Assembly (NCBI GenBank): GCA_002347155.1
Contig: DDXO01000113.1
Span: 1,570 to 65,569 of the forward strand
Length of the DNA stretch: 64,000 nt
Reading direction: 5' to 3'
Source: a candidate division WOR-3 bacterium UBA2258
Lineage (GTDB): Bacteria > Hydrothermota > Tepidihabitantia > Tepidihabitantales > Tepidihabitantaceae
A program made the position numbers and the translations under genes. Numbering within the stretch: the first letter of the stretch is position 1; the number at the start of each line of letters is the position of its first letter. The notes beneath the pieces were generated by a model, which saw only the letters and a program-made list of their open reading frames with translations, was not told where the DNA came from and searched no databases. Below are positions 58,191-64,000 of this stretch, piece after piece.

Positions 58191-59576
58191 ATGGGTGTGG
58201 CTGACAGCGACGTACGACCGCGCGTTGGGCACCAAGCCCTGCCCGACGCCGCAAGACTCTGGGCCGACATCCTCGACTATGTGAAGCCACGCGTAAGTCG
58301 TGAAGGCTTCGAAACTTGGCTTACACCAACGCGGGGCCGCGCCCTGTCGAACGGTGTCCTCGAGGTTGAGGTCCCTAACTCTTTCTTTGCCGATTGGCTG
58401 AGCCAGCACTACTCAGCCGAGGTCAGGGCTGCGCTTACGAGTGTTTCCCAGCAGGACGTCTCCGTTTCCTTCCGTCCGCGCGACGCGGCCGACACCGGCG
58501 TCCTGATCCGTCGTGCCCCGGTACGGCGGCCGGTCGTCAGACAGAACGGCTACCGGCTCCAGTCGCACCTTTCCTTCGAGAATTTCGTCGTGGGCGAGTC
58601 GAACCGTCTCGCTGTGGCTGCGGCTCGCAGCGTTGCCGAGCGGCCGGGCGCGAACTACAACCCGCTCTTCATATACGGCGGTGTCGGCTTGGGTAAAACC
58701 CACCTTGCCCAGGCGATCGGCAATCTCGCGCTGGCGAAGAAACCGGCTTTGAAGGTCTACTACACGGCTGCCGACGACCTGTTCCTTGAGCTCATCCAAG
58801 CCATTGAGAAGAACACCCGCCTCGAGTTCAAGGACAAGTACCGGTCTCTGGACCTGCTGCTGCTTGACGACGTCCACTACCTGGTCGGGAAGGAACGGCT
58901 ACAAGAGGAGGTCTTCTACATCTTCAACTCACTCCACGATGCTGGCAGCCAGATCGTCTTCACCAGCGACCGGCCACCGCAGGACATACCCGCGCTCGAA
59001 GGTAGGCTTGCCTCAAGGCTCGGCTCAGGCCTAGTCGTAGACATTCAGGCACCGGAGCTCGAGACGCGCATCGCCATTCTCAAACAGAAGGCCGCCATGG
59101 ACCATGCGGACCTGCCTGACGACGCCGCGTACTTCATTGCCGCCCGCGTCCGCACCAGTGTCCGTGCGCTCGAGGGTAGCTGGATACGTCTGCTTGCCCT
59201 CGCCTCGCTCGACGACCGACCCATCACCGTCGCCCTGGCCGAAGAGGCGCTCAGGGACCTCGTCAGGGAGGAAGAGCCGGTTGACCACAACCGCATCATA
59301 AAAGCCTGTGCCGACTACTTCGGGGTCACGCTTAAGGACATCACCAACGGTGGCCGGACCAAGCAATTAGCACTCGCCCGGCAGGTGGCGATGTACCTGC
59401 TGCGAGCCACACTGAGCCTCTCACTAAAGGAGATCGGCGGCCTCTTCGGAAACAAGGATCACACGACGGTGATGCATGCTGTTAAGCGAGTCGGTAACCT
59501 CAGGACCAGCGACCCTGTTTTCGCCTCGAGGCTTGAGAAGCTATCGAAGGGCATAAGCCGTGGGGAAACCGGTTGA
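58191..59576 (+). CDS. dnaA: chromosomal replication initiator protein DnaA
   Basis: N-terminal LWADILDYVKPRVSREGFETWLTP; Walker A GGVGLGKTHLAQAIGN; LLLDDVHYL; FTSDRPP; C-terminal DnaA-box-binding KQLALARQVAMYLLR...GNKDHTTVMHAVKRV. Start trimmed to the ATG at 58191. Confidence 0.9.
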   Translation: MGVADSDVRPRVGHQALPDAARLWADILDYVKPRVSREGFETWLTPTRGRALSNGVLEVEVPNSFFADWLSQHYSAEVRAALTSVSQQDVSVSFRPRDAADTGVLIRRAPVRRPVVRQNGYRLQSHLSFENFVVGESNRLAVAAARSVAERPGANYNPLFIYGGVGLGKTHLAQAIGNLALAKKPALKVYYTAADDLFLELIQAIEKNTRLEFKDKYRSLDLLLLDDVHYLVGKERLQEEVFYIFNSLHDAGSQIVFTSDRPPQDIPALEGRLASRLGSGLVVDIQAPELETRIAILKQKAAMDHADLPDDAAYFIAARVRTSVRALEGSWIRLLALASLDDRPITVALAEEALRDLVREEEPVDHNRIIKACADYFGVTLKDITNGGRTKQLALARQVAMYLLRATLSLSLKEIGGLFGNKDHTTVMHAVKRVGNLRTSDPVFASRLEKLSKGISRGETG

Positions 59577-60234
59577 CACAGATGTTAGTCCCGCTAGTTG
59601 ATTGCTGCGTCCACGAGATATCCCTTGGTCTGCACAAGTATGACTTGCAGTATCTGTTTGTCAGCGTATGACTTACGCTTAATCAACCGGTACTAACATC
59701 CCAACAACAACAACAAGAGCTTTTTTCAATAGTGATGCTGCAAACAATTCTGTAGAAACCCGCTTATACATCAGGTAACTGCTTACAATACTACACTATG
59801 CGTAAAGCGGGTTCCTACTGATGTTGCCGTGCATCTGAGGCACTACGTGTGACTCAATTCGCCGCTTAGAACGCTGCCATCAAGCCTTGGTAGTGTCATC
59901 GGTCATTCACTGTAAAGTTCTATATCCTGAGGCCGCGAGACTGATAGGCCTTCGCTTGGACCTGCAATTCTGGGTGACCGGGTTGGGGGCCTTGCATGGG
60001 GACGAAGACGAATAGCGACGGGCGAAGCACGAGGCTGCGTACATGCCTTTGAGCGTGGCCCGCGTCGCTGAGCATCGTGATTCTGGCGCACTTACCACTT
60101 CTCCCGGAAGGAACGTTGTTACTTGTCAGCCAAGCGGGTCTGCTCCCAACTCGGATTGACACGCTGGACTAGCTGACTATGATTACCTCTTGGCCGCTTA
60201 TTGGCCGGACATCACAGGAAAACGTAATTAGAGC
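59577..60234. other. AT-richer 650-bp intergenic region downstream of dnaA; candidate oriC / DNA unwinding region
   Basis: Lower GC than the surrounding coding sequence and no convincing ORF. No perfect DnaA boxes seen, only degenerate TTATACATC-like sites. Confidence 0.3.
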
Positions 60235-61227
60235 ATGGTCAGGCTGAGCGAAGACTCAAAGTACGGGTTCGCCATCGGGCGAGTGCGGGCGCTTGAACCG
60301 ACGCTCATGGACCGGCCGCGCTATGAACGGTTTGTTCGAGCGCGGGGCGGCGAGGAATTCGCCGCGGCATTGGCCGAGACAGCTTATGGGAAGTTCCTGG
60401 AAGGAGGCGCCGCAGGGGTAGCGCGGGCGCTCGAAGGCGCGGCCAAGGAAAACAGCACCTTCTTTTCCGCCTGTGCACTGGACGAGTGGTTGGTACGGTT
60501 GTTCTCGATGCCTGCCGCATTCCGTGTCATGAAGGCAGCCGTGAAGGGTGCGTTGTCGCAGGGAGGGAGCGATATAACGCTCCCGGAGGAACTTGTTGCT
60601 CTGCCGGAGAGGCCAATCATCGCCAAGGTTGTTGGCGACGTTCTGCAGGCTTTTTCCCGGGACCGAAACCCGGCAGCCGTTGACGCGGCCGTGGACCGGC
60701 TCCAGCAGCAGGTGGAGCGGCAGGTGGCGAGCGCGAGCGAGTTCGTGGCCGGGTACTTCGCGCTGCATGCCGACACCGAAAACCTGCGTACGCTGGTGCG
60801 AGTGAAGGCAAGAGAGAATGACGACAAGGTCCTGGCAGGGGAGATGGAAACCGCTTTCCTGGAAGGCGGGGCACTGACGCTCGCCAGTCTGCTGTCGGCG
60901 CTGCCGCAGCCTTGGGAAGCGATACTGGGCCTGCTCGCCAAGGCACCACCCAACGGCGTGGGCAGCGAGGAATTTCGCGAGTACTTGGAGCAGGGAAGAG
61001 CGGCGCTGACGGACCGGCGTTCGTTCTTACGGATGGAACGGCTCGGGCGCGAGCTAGAGCTCGGCTATCTGCGCCTGACCCGCTATGCGACGTTCGGACA
61101 CGAACCGCTGGTCGCCTTCTTTCTCCTACGCGAGAACGAACTGCGTAACCTGCGGCTCCTCTACGCGGCGAAGCTCGCCGGCCTCGGGGTCGAGCAAACG
61201 CAGGACCTGGTGGCCTATGTCGAGTAG
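60235..61227 (+). CDS. V/A-type ATP synthase subunit C (d)
   Basis: N-terminal YGFAIGRVRALEPTLM matches the subunit C start; 330 aa; directly precedes subunits F, A and B. Confidence 0.65.
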   Translation: MVRLSEDSKYGFAIGRVRALEPTLMDRPRYERFVRARGGEEFAAALAETAYGKFLEGGAAGVARALEGAAKENSTFFSACALDEWLVRLFSMPAAFRVMKAAVKGALSQGGSDITLPEELVALPERPIIAKVVGDVLQAFSRDRNPAAVDAAVDRLQQQVERQVASASEFVAGYFALHADTENLRTLVRVKARENDDKVLAGEMETAFLEGGALTLASLLSALPQPWEAILGLLAKAPPNGVGSEEFREYLEQGRAALTDRRSFLRMERLGRELELGYLRLTRYATFGHEPLVAFFLLRENELRNLRLLYAAKLAGLGVEQTQDLVAYVE

Positions 61228-61612
61228 CGAAACGCAGCACTCGCCCGGCGACCTGACGGCCAAGGTCGGCGTCGTGGGGCGACCGGAAGTCATCGCGCCG
61301 TTCCGCGCATCAGGTTTCGCCGTCTTTGCGGTCGAGCCGGGACCTGAAGCCGGGCGGCAGGTCGAGGCCCTGCTCGCAGCCGGCCTGTCGGTGCTGTTCT
61401 ACACAGAGGACTTAGCGATGCATCTGGCCGACTTGATCGGCCGCCACAGCCGGGGAGCAACTCCGTGTCTGGTGATGCTGCCGATGGGCGCGGAGCAGCG
61501 CGGGCTGGAGCGACTGAGGGAGATTGTCAGGCGTGCCGTCGGAGCGGACGTGTTCGGCCGCGCGCAGGCTCCGCGGGGAGAGAAGACCTCGGTTCCGTAC
61601 GAAGGAGATTAG
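61217..61612 (+). CDS. V/A-type ATP synthase subunit F
   Basis: Start trimmed to the ATG at 61217 (MSSSETQ...). Pattern VGVVG..E.I.PF...G...F..E....LFYTE..A..L.....P.LVMLP. Stop abuts the start of subunit A. Confidence 0.6.
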   Translation: MSSSETQHSPGDLTAKVGVVGRPEVIAPFRASGFAVFAVEPGPEAGRQVEALLAAGLSVLFYTEDLAMHLADLIGRHSRGATPCLVMLPMGAEQRGLERLREIVRRAVGADVFGRAQAPRGEKTSVPYEGD

Positions 61613-61614
61613 CG

Positions 61615-63390
61615 ATGAGTGAAAGCCAGGGTACGATTATAAAGGTTTCGGGTCCGCTGGTGGTAGCCGAAGGTCTCGCCGGGGCGAGGATGTACGACGT
61701 CGTGAAGGTCAGCGAGAAACGGCTGGTCGGCGAGATCATCGAACTCGAAGGCGACCGCGCGTCAATCCAGGTCTACGAAGAAACCGGAGGCGTGGGCCCG
61801 GGCGAGCCGGTATTCCCGACCTTTGAGCCGCTCTCGGTCGAGTTGGGACCAGGGCTGATCGAGTCGATCTACGACGGAATTCAGCGACCGCTGGATGTCA
61901 TCCAGAAGCAGACAGGGGACTTCATCAGCCGAGGCGTGGAGGCGCCGCCGCTCGACCGGAGCCGGAAGTGGGGCTTCACCCCGCTGCGCAAGCCCGGCGA
62001 CCAGGTCGAACCCGGCGACATTGTCGGGGAAGTCCAGGAGACCGTTCTCGTGCGCCACCGGATAATGCTGCCACCCGGGATGGCGGGTGAGATAGTCCGG
62101 ATCGGACCGGGCGAGTTCACGGTCGACGACCCGGTCGCGTTTATCAAGACCTCGAACGGCGAGCAGCCGCTGAAGATGACTCAGCGCTGGCCGGTGCGTC
62201 GCCCGCGGCCCTACCGCCGGAAGCTGCAGCCGGACCAGCCGCTCGTGACCGGTCAGCGAGTGGTTGACACCTTTTTCCCGATCGCGAAGGGCGGAACGGC
62301 AGCCGTACCCGGGCCGTTTGGCTCGGGCAAGACCATTATCCAGCACCAGTTCGCCAAGTGGTCGGACGCGCAGATAATCATCTTCGTCGGCTGCGGCGAG
62401 CGCGGCAACGAGATGACCGACGTGCTCAAGGAGTTCCCGAACCTTGTCGATCCGAAGTCAGGGGAGCCACTCATGAAGCGGACCGTTCTCATCGCCAACA
62501 CCTCGAACATGCCGGTGGCCGCGCGCGAAGCCTCAATCTACACCGGCATTACCCTGGCCGAGTACTACCGCGACATGGGGTACTCGGTGGCCTTGCAGGC
62601 CGACTCGACCTCGCGCTGGGCCGAGGCGATGCGGGAAATCTCGGGCCGCCTGGAGGAGATGCCGGGCGAAGAAGGCTACCCCGCTTACCTCGCCACCCGC
62701 GTTGCCGAGTTCTATGAGCGTGCCGGCCGGATTGTCTGCCTGGGCCGGACCCCGGAGGGCAAGGAACAGGAAGGAGCGGTGTCGGTCGTGGGGTCGGTAT
62801 CGCCGCCCGGCGGCGACCTCAACGACCCGGTCGTGCAGGCGACCCTGCGCGTGGTCAAGGTTTTCTGGTCGCTGGAGGACCGGCTGGCATTTCAGCGGCA
62901 CTTCCCGGCTATCTCCTGGTTGAATTCGTACTCGCTCTATTCCGATGTGCTGCGCGAGTCGTTTGACCGCCAGGCGACGCCGGAATTCATGAAGGACGCG
63001 GCGGCGGCCATGCAGCTGCTCGAGAAAGAGGCCGAACTGGAGGAAATCGTCCGCCTTGTTGGAAAGGACACGCTGTCGGCGCAGGACCGACTGGTGCTGG
63101 AAGCCGCCCGCTCGATCCGCGAGGACTTCCTGCACCAGAACGCGTTCCACGAAGTCGATACCTACGCGTCGCTGAACAAGCAGGCGGCGATGCTCAGCGC
63201 GATTCTCCGTTTCCACGCGCTGGGTCGCGCCGCACTGGCACGCGGCGTCGAGATCGAAGCGATCGAGCGGGCCGCTGCCCGCGACCGCATCGCCCGGATG
63301 AAGTACCTGACCGAGGCAGAGGCGCCGGCTGCCATCGCCCAGACCTGCTCCGACCTCGAAAAAGAGCTGGACGTCCTGGAGGCGAAATGA
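61615..63390 (+). CDS. atpA: V/A-type ATP synthase catalytic subunit A
   Basis: Start trimmed to 61615 ([20 protein letters not shown]). Walker A GPFGSGKT; conserved non-homologous region; 591 aa. Confidence 0.9.
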   Translation: MSESQGTIIKVSGPLVVAEGLAGARMYDVVKVSEKRLVGEIIELEGDRASIQVYEETGGVGPGEPVFPTFEPLSVELGPGLIESIYDGIQRPLDVIQKQTGDFISRGVEAPPLDRSRKWGFTPLRKPGDQVEPGDIVGEVQETVLVRHRIMLPPGMAGEIVRIGPGEFTVDDPVAFIKTSNGEQPLKMTQRWPVRRPRPYRRKLQPDQPLVTGQRVVDTFFPIAKGGTAAVPGPFGSGKTIIQHQFAKWSDAQIIIFVGCGERGNEMTDVLKEFPNLVDPKSGEPLMKRTVLIANTSNMPVAAREASIYTGITLAEYYRDMGYSVALQADSTSRWAEAMREISGRLEEMPGEEGYPAYLATRVAEFYERAGRIVCLGRTPEGKEQEGAVSVVGSVSPPGGDLNDPVVQATLRVVKVFWSLEDRLAFQRHFPAISWLNSYSLYSDVLRESFDRQATPEFMKDAAAAMQLLEKEAELEEIVRLVGKDTLSAQDRLVLEAARSIREDFLHQNAFHEVDTYASLNKQAAMLSAILRFHALGRAALARGVEIEAIERAAARDRIARMKYLTEAEAPAAIAQTCSDLEKELDVLEAK

Positions 63391-64000
63391 TCCGCGAATA
63401 CCAGACGGTTACATCGATCGCCGGGCCGCTTATGCTGGTTGCCGACGTGGAGGGTGTCAAGTACCAGGAACTGGTGCAGATTACGCTTCCGTCCGGCGAG
63501 GTCAGACGCGGCCAGGTGCTGGAGGTCGAAGGCGACCACGCGCTGGTCCAGGTGTTCGAGGGAACGACCGGTATCGACGTGCCGTCGGCCAAGGTACGTT
63601 TCATGGCCCGCGGCATAACCATCGACCTGTCGCCGGAAATCCTCGGCCGGGTGTTCGGCGGTCTGGGGCGGCCGCGCGACGGCGGGCCGGCGATAATCCC
63701 GGACCGGCGCGTGGACGTCAACGGCGCGCCGATCAATCCCTACGCGCGCGAGTACCCGAACGAGTTCATCCAGACCGGAGTCTCTTCCATCGACGGGCTT
63801 AATACCCTGGTCCGCGGCCAGAAGCTGCCGATTTTCTCCGGTTCCGGCCTGCCGCACAACCGCCTGGCTGCACAGATTGTTCGGCAGGCGCGGGTGTTGG
63901 GTACGAGCGAGCCGTTCGCTGTGGCTTTCGGCGCGATGGGCATTACGTTCGAGGAGGCGGAGTTCTTCATCCGCGGTCTCACTCAGTCGGGCGCGCTCGA
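63387..64000 (+). CDS. atpB: V/A-type ATP synthase subunit B (N-terminal part; continues beyond the window)
   Basis: [23 protein letters not shown]...[15 protein letters not shown]...; ATG overlaps the subunit A stop (ATGA). Confidence 0.85.
   Translation, partial: MIREYQTVTSIAGPLMLVADVEGVKYQELVQITLPSGEVRRGQVLEVEGDHALVQVFEGTTGIDVPSAKVRFMARGITIDLSPEILGRVFGGLGRPRDGGPAIIPDRRVDVNGAPINPYAREYPNEFIQTGVSSIDGLNTLVRGQKLPIFSGSGLPHNRLAAQIVRQARVLGTSEPFAVAFGAMGITFEEAEFFIRGLTQSGAL

Noticed and set aside
62533-63857. Minus-strand ORFs 62533..63216 and 63162..63857 over atpA/atpB
   Set aside because: Antisense to highly conserved ATPase subunits.
1-64000. CRISPR arrays, rRNA and tRNA genes
   Set aside because: No regularly spaced direct repeats of CRISPR type. 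No rRNA-like conserved blocks. No tRNA T-arm/acceptor candidates in the non-coding regions inspected. The only GGTTCGAGTC-like match (~17130) lies inside a CDS and lacks a complementary stem.

Overview
High-GC (~63-65%) bacterial chromosomal window that includes the replication initiator gene dnaA with an upstream consensus DnaA box, so it probably lies near oriC. The left 11 kb is a minus-strand defence-type island. It holds a partial HExxH protein, a 1505-aa MmeI/PglX-family N6-adenine DNA methyltransferase, a four-helix-bundle/Zn-ribbon chimeric ORF riddled with in-frame GATCGG-rich palindromic repeats, and a PLD-nuclease/SNF2-helicase fusion. A small Zn-ribbon ORF and an MNT/HEPN toxin-antitoxin pair follow. 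The middle encodes an ECF-type sigma factor in a repeat-rich non-coding stretch, a MYG1-like hydrolase, and two paralogous secreted DUF3857/transglutaminase-like proteins (one with catalytic Cys replaced by Ser). It also encodes a 1741-aa Ser/Thr-kinase/STAND-ATPase/TPR/GAF/sigma-54-activator fusion, a Gfo/Idh/MocA oxidoreductase, and a TPR protein with a ~520-aa ER/K-rich repeat domain. Several secreted beta-propeller/BNR proteins carry T9SS-type C-terminal sorting domains, which suggests an FCB-group or candidate-phylum organism. Other genes are a YgiQ radical SAM protein flanked by paralogous CC-motif lipoproteins, and a membrane sensor-like protein next to an NtrC-family sigma-54 activator with a textbook -24/-12 promoter ahead of a GT4 glycosyltransferase plus ABC-2 exporter operon. 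Further along are pdxA, an orphan hypF, dnaA, and the start of a V/A-type ATPase operon (C, F, A, B). I found no rRNA, tRNA or CRISPR array. Several short dispersed repeat families are present, some inserted in-frame into genes. All functional calls rest on motifs read from the translations, not on database searches.
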